Source: Babesia bigemina (lineage: Eukaryota). Taken from it: DNA of 64,000 bases. Position numbers and translations under genes: made by a program. Of the stretch, positions 10,624 to 23,997 are shown one piece after another (position 1 is the first letter of the stretch; every line of letters begins with the position of its first letter). The notes under the pieces are model-generated. The model saw only the letters and a list, made by a program, of their open reading frames with translations, had not been told where the DNA came from and did no database searches. The stretch is from contig NC_027219.1 of assembly GCF_000981445.1 (NCBI RefSeq), positions 62,001 through 126,000 on the forward strand, read 5' to 3'.

Positions 10624-11608
10624 ATGAAAAAAATACAAAAGATTCGACACGGCGCACAAAAAGCGTCGGAACCTAATGATATAAAATCGCATAAGCGACG
10701 CCGCAACTTCAGCTTAACGTCCGCAAAGCATCGCCTAACCGGCTCAAGATTCCGCACTTTGAACGAAAAACTATACACATCTACAAGTGAAGACAACTTC
10801 TCATATTACAATCGCAATCCAGGCTTATTTGAAGTAGTAAGTCTACCTCTTATTTATCATCTGATGCTTTGCCGCAGTACCATGAAGGTTACCAAGAGCA
10901 AGTTTCAAAGTGGCCCTTTAACCCTTTGACACGTGTGATTGCCTGGTTAGAAGAGCAACGTGATGACAAAGTGTATGTTGTATTATTATTGATTCTTCTT
11001 ATTATGGTCAGCATTGGCGACTTCGGTTGTGGAGAAGCTATGATAGCGCAGAGATTTCATGACAGGTGAATATGATGGGAAACCACCATAATGACGTAGA
11101 ACGGTTCATTCATTCGACCTCATTGCTGGAAATCCACTCATCACGGCGTGCAACATGACCAAGGTTGCACCCCTATGCAATATGTTTAACCGCAACGCAG
11201 GTACCATTGAATGACAATACACTCGACATTTGTGTTTTCTGTTTAAGTCTAATGGGTCAAGATTGGCCGCTATTTGTTGTGGAAGCCACGCGCTGCCTTA
11301 AGGAAGGGTAAAACGGTCTGATTTAATCTTAAGCATGTATCGCAGAGGCGTGATAAAAATCGTGGAAGTGCGTAGTCGCCTTACGAGCATCGAAGAGTTC
11401 GAAAAATTTCTGGAGTCGCTGGGATACAAGAAAGATAACGCTGTATCAACCGATGTAAGATTTTTGTTTGTCAAATTATGACCATCAGGAATCGGACTTT
11501 TTCGTATTCTTTCAGTTCACTTTATGCAAAAAATCACCGAACGATTCAGCACAAAAAACCCATCATGCAAGCCAATTACTACTGCCTTGTCCGTATAAAC
11601 GCAGATAA
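10624..11608 (+). CDS. RRP8: Ribosomal RNA-processing protein 8 (25S rRNA m1A methyltransferase), about 7 exons
   Basis: Spliced motifs SRFRTLNEKLYT, YHEGYQEQVSKWPFNP, IGDFGCGEA, HSFDL, FCLSLMG, EVRSR and terminal PCPYKRR*. First intron 10837-10877 (GTAAGT...GCAG). Confidence 0.93.
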
Positions 11609-11896
11609 ATATTCTACGAATACGCTTGTGTAGTCCCCTTTTAAAAAGGGTTGTGCCAGATTTATGAGTGACCGATGCACCTTCGTTTTACACAGAGGAC
11701 TAACACATATTGCATCGCAGTATATCGGCAAATTACCTGACAATAATCTAATACGCAGTTTCACACCAGGGCGTGAGCGCTGGGAATTTCATTGGATATT
11801 AGATGTGTATCGTAAAGTCGTAGAGATTCTTCATTATAGCGAAATATTGGACTTGAAAAAACAAGTGTCAAATAATAGTGGTCTGTAATTATACGG

Positions 11897-12205
11897 TCAT
11901 TTAAGCCTCAAAGCAAAAAAAATCCCCAATAGCCCGACGGCACCCATCCTTGTTGACAATCGCAGAGATGATACACCTTTTGAAAAACGAAAAACGCACA
12001 TTGCACTGACGAGCAACACGTAAGCATATTCGGCGATGGGATAATGATTTACGCTGGATGAAACGGAAATGGAACTCCGTTTTGTTTCTCTCCTCATATA
12101 ATACGCACACGTACTATAGAATTCCTCGTTTGCGCCGTTGCTAACCTTGAGTACGGTTCGAAGGAGTTGTGAAAAATGTTGACTACAATATAACTGCTTC
12201 TTAGG
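11897..12205 (-). CDS. Possible terminal exon of a small membrane protein (hypothetical)
   Basis: About 100 open codons after a TAG acceptor, with two hydrophobic stretches (YAYVLLVSAMCVF; GAVGLLGIFFAL). Upstream exons are unresolved. Confidence 0.25.
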   Translation of the reverse strand, partial: PKKQLYCSQHFSQLLRTVLKVSNGANEEFYSTCAYYMRRETKRSSISVSSSVNHYPIAEYAYVLLVSAMCVFRFSKGVSSLRLSTRMGAVGLLGIFFALRLK

Positions 12206-12849
12206 CTATTATGAAACTGCACAGGCGTGCGCCCTTAATTTTACGTAAGCACAGCGCGACAACCCATGAAAAGGTGTATTGCATCCATAGCGAGAAGCGA
12301 AATCAACAGGTCTCACTTCAATATATAATTGGCAACACTCTTATGGATGCAAGTGACAAGGTGATCCGGCGTCACGTTTGCACCAACGTAGCGACATCGT
12401 CATTGAATTACAGACGAGTAGAATCGTGCTATGTGCTGATCAATGGCGGCCTAATCTCACGCACACGACATTAATTGCTAATAAAACGTATTGATAAGCA
12501 ATTAAAACCCTTTGCAGCCCGCGAGAGTATCGATTGGTAGTGGAACTGGATGTGCCATCTATGAATCTAAAGGAGGCAAGCGAATGCCATTATGACAACG
12601 CAGTGATCAGAAAGCTTTGGACTAATTAGAACACGTCTTTGGGACATTCAATCAAACGACTACACATTTCATTAGTATTGAATTTGTAATGTCGTAATGT
12701 TGGATTACACCTCCACTGTGTACGCGTAGCGATTCAGTTGCAAAATTTGCCATTTATGAGCCAACATTGTACAAGATTAGGATGATATATATGAGACGGA
12801 TGGTTGTCAAGTTATGGTAGATACCTCCTTTCAGTTAATGTAGGGCATA

Positions 12850-14613
<1,764 letters not shown>

Positions 14614-14695
14614 AACCACATAATGCAGAGCAGGGATTTGTACAATAGAATTTCAATGCAGTACTAGTTTTGTAAGCTACATGATATTGAGGACT

Positions 14696-17216
14696 TCATT
14701 CAACACAAAATTCATCTTCAACGGGTGTGGGGTAGGGCTCCGGAGAGTACCCTCTTGAGCCAGTTACCCATACTTGCGATAAGGCGCATCCTTGAGATTC
14801 GCAAATCGGGCAGTGAGGACAATCTTCATCCAGCAAACTATCCATTTCTGAGCTTGTCAGAGACTCTCCATCGTGTGCCTTAACTGTATGTGAGAAAACA
14901 TGATAGCCGCAGTTCGAGCAAATTTGTTGCACGTGCGGCTGAGAAGAATTGAGACGGTAGAAAACCGTGGACTTTTGGTGCTCGGTAGGTTCAGGGGGCA
15001 AGGTGAATCCCGGCACTTTCGAGTGTATCTTTAGTCCAACACCATGACGGGTCATGTGTTGCAACATCTCCTGATCCTTTAGATAAAACACCGGATCATC
15101 GCCAAATAAAAGCAACTTGTCCACATTGCCATCATTATGACTGTCATCGATGCCATTAACATTTGCATTTAAGTGAGATCTGTACGCCCACGCATCGCTT
15201 ACAGACGCGCTGTACTCCCTTGTATACCCATGCGCCTCTCGACACCTTGGATCCACAAAAAGCAGTTGTGGAGGTCTCGGGTTTGTAATCGAATCTCCCA
15301 TGTTGTGCACATTTACCAGCGATTCCACAGGCATTTCCACTGCGGACGTAAATTGCCACTGTAGATGTTCCAACATTGACAAAAAAACCACACAATCAGT
15401 CAGCAAAACATTGGGTGTTATTACGTAATCTTCTCGCAGAGAGTGTATACCATTTCCAGATACATGAGCTTTTGATATTTTGTGACCATTCTGGTTGTTT
15501 ATATTTGCTGATGTGGGCATATCAAGATGTTCACCTTCCGTCATAAGTTGAATCTCATGATAGTCTTCAACACTTCTTCCTCGCAAACGACGTCTATATA
15601 TAGCCTCTGCAAGTTCATATTCCTTTTTGCAATTACGTAGTACCAAATCAGATAGCTGTTCCGGTGAGAGGTGCTCAAATGGTTCCATCTCTTTAGCAAC
15701 CAAAGCCAAACCCTTCTTACGGGTTTCTAAATCGGTAGGTACAAATTTGTCTTCTTCCTTGACGTCACCGCGTAACATCCTATTCATTAATCTACTGGAA
15801 GGCGTACTACCGGGAGGGTCATAATTAGGGTCATCTTCCGGGTTTACGTAAAAGGGTTGAGGGAGCGCTTTCCCACCACCTATTGTAGGCTTATGTATAG
15901 GCGTAAAATTGCCATGTCGCATTGTCAAATCAACGCTATATATATTTTTCAATCTTACAATCCTATCGGTTTCTATTCTTTCCCAATCAGTGATGTTTTC
16001 ACAGATATGACAAATCTGTTGCCTACGGCAGTGTACAAGCATGGCTAGTTTGGGCATTTCCTGCAGATTTTTGTCCATAGGCGCTCCCTCTTTCACAAGT
16101 ATACGTTCTTTCACCTCTTCCAATTTGCCATTTATAACCTCGTTGTATAATTTGTAACATTCTGCCCGCTCTAACATTAGAACTGACCACCCGCAAGTGG
16201 GAGGTTCGTATGTTCTTGCATCGTTAAAAAATTCAGCCAACCATGTGGGTTTCAGCATAGTCTTGGACGCAATGTCAATACTACTGTCGGCTTTAGTCAC
16301 TTCGGGTAGTATTTCATGACCAAACAATCGAACTAATTCTGTTCTGCGATTCTTCTGGGCCGTAGCTGATCTGGCCATAGGTGGCGGTACGGGGGGATCT
16401 GTTTTAGACCGTTGCTCCATTTGGATACCCAACACACGATCAATTTCCTTTTTGTATAATGCACCTGTATCCTATATGACAGGTGCTATAATGAACGTAC
16501 GTTTGTATTCTGCTATGGCCTTTTCTGGGTCCACGTTTGCTTCTTTGTATATATCGTGAAGCGCCGCTATTGGAGGTATTGTTCCATCACTTTCTTCACC
16601 CTTGAGCACAATGTGAAGTAGTATTAGCGAATTGGCCTGATTTGTGTCACTGCATGAACTCATAGAATGATATAAAGCCTCTTCCACAACATCCTTCTCC
16701 ACGTCCACCAGGATTTCGCGCACTAGGATCGCTTTATGAAGAGGAAAGGAGCCGACAAACTTTATACGCTCAAACAGATCGTAGACAAGTCCCTTTGTAC
16801 GATCTGGGAAATCGCGACTGGAGGTTCTACATTATTCATCAGATGCCTCACCGCGCCAACTTACTTAAACTGTTCGTACTTCTGTTTCAATACGCCAACG
16901 TCGTCGCTAGATTCGATAATGTCGAACAAGCTCAGAGTAATCTCCTGTGGAAATATTAAATTCAAAAACGACGTGATGTAATTAATCACCTAACATACCT
17001 TTCCCGTATCGTACCGGCTGCGGACATGAAACATCCGAAGCACACACTTCCACGCGCTGACTACAGAAAACAAAGAATCGCCATTTCTGAACAAATGGTT
17101 CCAATGAAAATGACCACTTACCGAATCATATCCAGGGAATCCCTCCGAACGCCATGATATATGGGAAGGCATGGCCCATTGAGAAAACCAGGGGATCCCC
17201 GCACCAACTGTTTCAT
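14696..17216 (-). CDS. Hypothetical protein, about 6 exons, with C-terminal CxxC...CxxC zinc-ribbon-like motif
   Basis: The 579-codon terminal ORF joins in frame via short GT-AG introns to upstream exons starting MKQLVRGSPG (ATG at 17216). CSNC and CPIC lie near the C-terminus. Confidence 0.7.
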
Positions 17217-18183
17217 GTTATAGACATTACAATCACATTGCAACGACAAATATATTGTACTGATGGTAACGCTGCGAATGGCAGCCAGACTTTAGCGACA
17301 TCCACAACGAAGGTGCTCATACCACATCTCAAACGGCACCAAACATTAGTAGACAAACGCATATTACTTTAATTCACACCCCCATTTGCATCTTAATGAT
17401 CTATGTGTGATAAAGCATCATGAATTTATTCGTCGCGCCCTCTAACGTGATGTTGACGTTGCATCATCACATTGAGTCGCCTTCGTTCAAATATAATAAA
17501 ACTTGCTCTACACACGCCAGCATATTTCATTAACAAGTGTGCGGTAATATGAAGGGGATATTTTCACAAATGGGTGATGCTTCCAAAGTTTATGTCTGCA
17601 GACAGCCTGTTTGAACGCGTTACGTCCGAGCCCGCGGTTATAGACTGTAATACAGATCGCGCCCATCATTTATAGAGGAGGTATAAATATAAAAAACCGG
17701 CGATTCGTATGCGTGTGTTTGTTTCTTCGATCGGAATTTAAATGCCAGATGGCAAATCGAATTGGAGATAAAAAGTCGCACAGTGAGGAGAATGACTTAA
17801 GCTTTATCGTCTGATGTTTTCGCTGACACGGATTTAGACCCGAAAAATTCTTTATTTGTGGCACCAGGCATTACTGCCATTGGGTATGTGCCACATCATT
17901 CATCAGCTTCGCCAATGTCTTGCTGATTTTTCGTACTGCCCTCATGTGCTTCAAGGTAGTATGATCGTCGCGTCGAATCGCTCATTGATGCTAATTTCTT
18001 ACAACAACGTTGAAGAGCGCAGTGTCATTTACCTCAATATAAAACGTGACAGGCTGGAAGGAAGCATTTTTGCCCTATTAAAAGTATTGAGTCACTTGGA
18101 TACTTTCTATCAAATTGCCTTAAATCTTATTCAAAGCGCCTCATATGCTTATCATTTAGCATGAATGTCGAATATAATGCGTA

Positions 18184-19944
18184 ATGTCAACTATGCAGGT
18201 GAGTTCAAACGATGCCAAGGAATACACGGTATTTCCTTCCGCAGACTCTATACGAAAAAGCGGCTTTTTGGATGTGGATGTTGCCGGAGACGAAAGATGC
18301 GCTTTGATGCTGAGCGAGAAAGCTTCCAAAACCTATGCAATGAGGCATACGCCAGTGAACACGGACGATTTCAACTCTTTCATCGAGGATAGCATGAACC
18401 ACTTAGACCATATAAACGCAAGCAGAGGCGACCTGAACACCAAAACTATCGGAAGTTCCGTTTTAAGTACCGTAGGTCAGAGATCATGGGAGGATGCAGT
18501 AGTTGATTGCCGGATAGAGCTGTTTGATCAGTCTTTAGGGCACAATGCTATAAAACCAACAGATAATCGTTTTGGTAAGAATGTAGATGAAGTATTTCAT
18601 CACAATTTCACTAGGCAACGCACTCTTTATGATACAGGGTTAGAGGACGACGATGATCTAATTTATCTCCCGTCTTCAAATGGGTTACATAGCTCCCATT
18701 TATCATCACATCCAGAAGACAGCGCAGATAATAACATTAGTCCAACTCGTTGCTTTTCGCGCATTCCGAAACGAAACAGAATACAACCGGACACTCACCT
18801 AACGGCAAGCGAGTTCTGGAGATCACAACCGGTAACGCCACTTACGGATAAGGCAATTGCTTCAGTATTTGCAAAATTCACTCATGTGGAAACCGGCGAT
18901 CGTGGTTTCGATAACTATTATGCATATTTTCATGATGAGGATTTCAGTAAAATTACGAAGGAACCCAACATGATCAGTATTCTTCCCCGGGGTGATTGGA
19001 CACCTAGGGATATAAAAATGTGTGGGCCTTTTAAGGCATGTAGAGGTGAGGCTTCAAAGATATCAAAATCTGGTGGACCGATCTATGGAGATGGTTTCAA
19101 TAATGGGTCCAACAAACCGCAGGATTCCGCAGTCTCACCGCTAGAAGGCTTGTTTATGGTTACAGCGGATATAGATTCGGATGATGATGTTGAAAGTTAC
19201 GAGCACCTATACAAAGCTGAATTGGATTTGCTAGTAGAGCGAGGGGAGCAAGTAGACTTGCAAGAGATGGACGAATGGCTTTATCAGGCGGGTCTAACAG
19301 CGCCTCAAGTAAAAAATCATCAAATGGCGTTTCGCCGTCTTCTCAGGCTGAATTGTAACTACTTCGGCAAGCGGGTTTACCCCTACAGAGGAGAATTTGA
19401 CAGTCTTGCTTCCAAAACTCTCCACGTTTTGGACCCTGATACCAATAGCTTTGAGGTCAGCCCAGCGATGGCAAAACCGGAGAAACTTGATTTAAGAAAA
19501 CTCAAGAAGCGGCCATGCATGGATAGGGAATCTGTGATAGAAAGCCCTACCAATGATGGTGCCGCGGGCATATCGGTAAACACAACTATACCGTTGTCTA
19601 CACATCGGTTATTCGATTATGAAACGGAACCTAGGTTCATTAGAAATCCGACTTTGAAGGTTGGCGCATCAAACGTAAGACATTTATACGGTGAAGAGAC
19701 ATCATGTAGTTTTATGAAGTCGCAATCATTTGGACTGAGACATGGGATAGCAGATTTCCAAATCGCTGATACAACACGTCAGGAAGATTTCCAGGTTCCT
19801 CCAACACTAAAACAACTATTTCCCACGAAGGACAAATATATTAACTCCGAAGTGGCGTTGATGAATCAGCGCAACTTCATTCTAAAAGTTCTGCTTCGGT
19901 TCCCATACTTGGACTTGAAGCAGCTGGGTTTAACTAGCTTCTAA
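18184..19944 (+). CDS. Hypothetical protein (586-aa ORF; true N-terminus may include upstream exons)
   Basis: Long open frame with protein-like composition; no recognised domain. Confidence 0.75.
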   Translation: MSTMQVSSNDAKEYTVFPSADSIRKSGFLDVDVAGDERCALMLSEKASKTYAMRHTPVNTDDFNSFIEDSMNHLDHINASRGDLNTKTIGSSVLSTVGQRSWEDAVVDCRIELFDQSLGHNAIKPTDNRFGKNVDEVFHHNFTRQRTLYDTGLEDDDDLIYLPSSNGLHSSHLSSHPEDSADNNISPTRCFSRIPKRNRIQPDTHLTASEFWRSQPVTPLTDKAIASVFAKFTHVETGDRGFDNYYAYFHDEDFSKITKEPNMISILPRGDWTPRDIKMCGPFKACRGEASKISKSGGPIYGDGFNNGSNKPQDSAVSPLEGLFMVTADIDSDDDVESYEHLYKAELDLLVERGEQVDLQEMDEWLYQAGLTAPQVKNHQMAFRRLLRLNCNYFGKRVYPYRGEFDSLASKTLHVLDPDTNSFEVSPAMAKPEKLDLRKLKKRPCMDRESVIESPTNDGAAGISVNTTIPLSTHRLFDYETEPRFIRNPTLKVGASNVRHLYGEETSCSFMKSQSFGLRHGIADFQIADTTRQEDFQVPPTLKQLFPTKDKYINSEVALMNQRNFILKVLLRFPYLDLKQLGLTSF

Positions 19945-20056
19945 TTGGATGTGTATACATACCGACAATAGGAAGCATAATTTCGAGCACACACTAAATG
20001 TTCACCGATGTTTAATTTGTGGGTATGTTTATGTTTGTAAATTCCCCAGGGCGGTA

Positions 20057-21136
20057 TTAGTATTGGCTACGCAGCCAGATACAATGAATTAGCAACTTAA
20101 TCAGTATCGCCATCGCTACTGCCATAGAGGACTGTTTCATTGTCATATTACACGTGGCGTGAATTGCCAATGCATTGCTACAGTAAGCATACACCTCTAT
20201 GGCACCTACAAGTGGGAGCCGTGGGTACCAAATGATCATCATCAATACCAATGCCTTGATATGAATGCACAGCAGCACCGCCAGTAATACGTCCAGGGTA
20301 GAAGGCGTTGCGTTAATCTTCTCTTTTACCGATTTGCTGATGCCCCCATTATTGGAGGGAGAGACGTACCCATGCCTGCTCATCACCTTTTGGAAAATAA
20401 CAACGCTTGCACAGTACCCCGCCAATTTAGTTAAGCACAGTAGCAGTGTGCTCCACTCACCAAACGTTTTGCACGTCCGGTAGCCCATGGTCATCAATGA
20501 TGGTTCCTGCAATGACAGTATAAAGAACTGGTCGACTATACTGCTGGGTTTAGATCCATCACACATACCCATTTCTTTCCGCGCACTGATTATTTTCATT
20601 TGCGAAGAGGCCAACATCGACTGCACCATGTTTTGAAACAGGTTAGTAGTCGACCCAATATCCGTAAACGGTGTGACGTGATCTGCGCTAAATTGAGCCT
20701 CTTGCGCCGTCATTAGCGTGGGATAAGCGGCGCCCTGGAAAAATTCTTTTGCTTTTTCCAACGCTGCCTGTTGTAGCATCAGATTTTTGTCACTACACCA
20801 CTCTTGCGATTTAGTTATGAATCTACAGGTGACCATAACACGGTAACCATCTAGAACTACAGCGGAAGCAAATAATAACAACAGATGTGAGATCCTCTTA
20901 CGGGCAGAGGTGCCATTTTTGCCCCCCGAAGGTTTTGCATCTTGGTTATATATAAGATGCCTAAATACCGCCACCTTTAACAAAAAAAGTTCAATGGCAG
21001 TTATATAAAGATCCCACTCTACGTATTTGTCAGCGATTTCTCCACAATATGCGCATGTTTCCAGACATATACTTTCCTTACTACTTTCGTGGTACAACGT
21101 CGGAACAAGAGAACTACAATGTACACAAACTACCAT
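20057..21136 (-). CDS. ARV1: Arv1-like ER membrane protein
   Basis: N-terminal CVHC...LY...CAYCGEIADKYVEWD zinc motif, FRHLIYN and several TM helices. Start placed at MVVCVHC (21136) rather than the upstream TTG. Confidence 0.88.
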   Translation of the reverse strand: MVVCVHCSSLVPTLYHESSKESICLETCAYCGEIADKYVEWDLYITAIELFLLKVAVFRHLIYNQDAKPSGGKNGTSARKRISHLLLLFASAVVLDGYRVMVTCRFITKSQEWCSDKNLMLQQAALEKAKEFFQGAAYPTLMTAQEAQFSADHVTPFTDIGSTTNLFQNMVQSMLASSQMKIISARKEMGMCDGSKPSSIVDQFFILSLQEPSLMTMGYRTCKTFGEWSTLLLCLTKLAGYCASVVIFQKVMSRHGYVSPSNNGGISKSVKEKINATPSTLDVLLAVLLCIHIKALVLMMIIWYPRLPLVGAIEVYAYCSNALAIHATCNMTMKQSSMAVAMAILIKLLIHCIWLRSQY

Positions 21137-21684
21137 TATATAGACTTCGAACAACACCCAAATAACTACATACTGTGAACAATATAAGACTGGCACGTGT
21201 TCACTTCGCCAATTAACATCAATGATCAAAAGATTTTCCAGACCTAATCATTAAAGCAGTCGACCAAAAACCCAGTTAAGAGCTTTTACAAGCTACCTTA
21301 ATCATGATGATTTCGTCGCCTGCTATCTACAGCCCGTGTTAATTAGTGGCATCTTTGTGTCTTGCGCTTGACAAGACATCGACAGCTCTTTTATCGAAGC
21401 ATTGCTACACCAAGAAATATCATAAGAATTCAACTTGTATACAATATATGGAGGGAAAATGTCCAATATTGATGTTCGAAAAATTTCACTGGAGTGTGTC
21501 ACATTTAGTAGACGGGTCGTTTACAGAAAGTGGCGCGCACATTGGGGTTCCTTCCACCAAAGATGACTGTAGTAGTGCCCAAATACATTAGGACAGCCGC
21601 ACATCAATGTAGACATGCTTGTGTGATTTTCAATTGCCTTAAGGCGAGCCGTCTGATGACGACGTTGTTAATTATACGTATCAG

Positions 21685-22017
21685 ATGGATCACGCTGCAC
21701 TTTTAAACGAACTGCTGAAACACAAAGAGTCCATTACGAGGTTAATAAATCCGGAACATGCATGGTCTATCTGTGCTGTTGACGATCATTCGACGGTAGA
21801 AAATGGCAGTAGTTTTATGTGGCAACCTGCCATGCCGATTTTAAAACCGTTTCAACTTCAGTATGCAAAATATGAATCTGACGCACTCATGTTTACTCTT
21901 TTACGAGATTGGATAGTAACTCAAAAAATTCATCCAATCGTGTGTCATGCGCATTTCATTTGCAGCTTATTTTTATATATACAATTCTTATACACAGATC
22001 CACATGATTACATTTAA
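21685..22017 (+). CDS. Possible hypothetical protein (exon structure unresolved)
   Basis: 110-aa ATG ORF with protein-like composition in an otherwise empty 1.5-kb gap; no motif recognised. Confidence 0.3.
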   Translation: MDHAALLNELLKHKESITRLINPEHAWSICAVDDHSTVENGSSFMWQPAMPILKPFQLQYAKYESDALMFTLLRDWIVTQKIHPIVCHAHFICSLFLYIQFLYTDPHDYI

Positions 22018-22615
22018 TGTGTAAAAGTGCTTAAAACTCTTGCTACGTGTATCAGAAGTACAACAACATGGTTTGGCGTTGCTGCACGCCGCAACCTCTT
22101 AAATATTCGTCCTCAAATGTTGCGACGTTATATCGCACATCATACAACATCGCGTTTACTACGAACAAGGCAACATTTACAACGCAATTAACATACATGA
22201 TTCGACAATGCCATGGTCAAAGACAGTTGTGACTGCATAGGATCACACCAGTTGACAAGAGAAAAGTGCAATATTTGTAAAACTCCCACAAATAGCCCCT
22301 GAATACACACCAACAAGCTTCAACAATGCGTAGGTTTGGGATGAATATATATTTGCACATATGCTTGTTTCGATATAATTAATTATTATTAGTCTTTCAC
22401 CCCCATTGGCACGAAGTGCTACAATGTGGAGAAGTACATAGGCGACTTCGCATTATTTACACCTGAAACATACACAATTGTATACGAATGAAATATGCAA
22501 ATGTATGCGTTAACATCCGTGAAAATATCATATGTAGTCGGTCATTACGAAATTTTTTAAATGGCGTATTCTGTCGGATGTTATTTGTCGTGTCTAATTG
22601 AAAAATCTTGAATAT

Positions 22616-23373
22616 ATGCACTGGTTAATCGTTTCCTCAATTTTAACACTATCATTAGCTGTATACAGGTTTATAGTATCCGCTATTGACATAAGTCGAG
22701 GCGTCGCGCTATGCGCATTCCTCAATGTTGACTTTAATAGTCGGAACGTCTGCAGAACATCGGTATGTTGCCATTGTGATTCCAATTTTTTAATGTCCAG
22801 CAGAGATTTCAGGTAGGTGGTAGGCTGACTCGCGAGCTCTATAAAACGCTGCGACGTCGTATCATACGAGGCAGCGAGATCGATAACAAACAGAAATATA
22901 ACATAGAAAACCACAAGAAGACAACACTTGATGGTAAGTTGTTGGGCCCCAAAACGTGTTATAACATTTATTTGGCTCTTGACAATCGGCCCGCGGATGA
23001 GATAAAACGGCGATTTCAGCTAATTGCGCAAAATTTGATCAAAGTAGGGGCGGAACACACCAACGTATACTATTACGGACTTAAAAAGTTGGCACAGCCG
23101 TTGAACAAAAAACACGAGGCGTGCTTCATTTCTTTCGAGTTGGATATTTACCCTAGCCTCATACAACATATACGCAAGAAACTAAGCCAGGAAGAGCACG
23201 TGTTGCGCGTGCTAGTACTCCGGGATACACAAAAAGACAAGTCCAGACGCGTCCATCGCGACAGACGTCTTCACGTGCGACATCCGTATTTTGATACAGA
23301 AATCTTTAGGCCTCACAGATCGCGGCTATTGAACAAACCTGGCGAGGAATTCAGCATTGCGAAAGACAAATAA
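22616..23373 (+). CDS. rpsF: Apicoplast-targeted bacterial-type ribosomal protein S6, 2 exons
   Basis: Exon 1 encodes a signal peptide (MHWLIVSSILTLSLAVY); intron 22763-22800; basic transit-like stretch; then bS6 motifs YGLKKLAQPLNK and LSQEEHVLRVLV. Confidence 0.85.
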
Positions 23374-23382
23374 GGATTAATA

Positions 23383-23997
23383 ATGTCCAATATAAAATCT
23401 TTTGGCGACTACGTGGAGGATCGGAGGGAACAAGCATACAGTTATGCTGGTGGTCATAATAGCGCTTTAGGCGTAGAGGACGGACATACGGTGCATTTGT
23501 ATGCTGGGGGTTTCACGGTTGACGAAGGACCATTCAGACCGCTCAGTGAGCCGGAGAATGCTTTATTCCTATCGGCTGTTAGAAATGGAGTCGCACCACC
23601 GGAGTTACGGGAGCACGGAAAAGATGCCCATGTGTACTTGATTGATGATTCACATCTCACGTACAATCCTCCAGAATCGCATACAAATGAGCCGTCAACT
23701 ACTAAAACAACAGGGACCGCAATCTCAGTGCAAGACATTCGCATCGGTACTAACTCAGGAAATGTGACGACACTTCGCATTAAACTATGTGATCACCGCC
23801 AAATAAATTTGAAGGTTTCTCCAGAGACAACAATAGGAGAGCTTAGGTCGATTATATCAGCGAAGAGTGGTTTATCTGTTTCATCGTTCCGCTTAATGTA
23901 CGGGTTTCCTCCACGCGAATTGATTGCAAACGATTCGGACACGCTGAACGGAAAAGACCTTTTAGGTTGCGCCATTTTCCAGCATATGATAATATGA
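23383..23997 (+). CDS. SEP + UBX domain protein (p47/Shp1-like Cdc48 cofactor)
   Basis: YAGGHNS motif, SEP domain (LYAGGFTVDEGPFR...FL..VRNGVAPPEL) and UBX domain (LRIKL.D...LMYGFPPREL). Confidence 0.9.
   Translation: MSNIKSFGDYVEDRREQAYSYAGGHNSALGVEDGHTVHLYAGGFTVDEGPFRPLSEPENALFLSAVRNGVAPPELREHGKDAHVYLIDDSHLTYNPPESHTNEPSTTKTTGTAISVQDIRIGTNSGNVTTLRIKLCDHRQINLKVSPETTIGELRSIISAKSGLSVSSFRLMYGFPPRELIANDSDTLNGKDLLGCAIFQHMII

Noticed and set aside
22594..22914. Minus-strand 106-aa ORF with a hydrophobic N-terminus
   Set aside because: It is antisense to exons 1-2 of the apicoplast S6 gene and has a GTG start.
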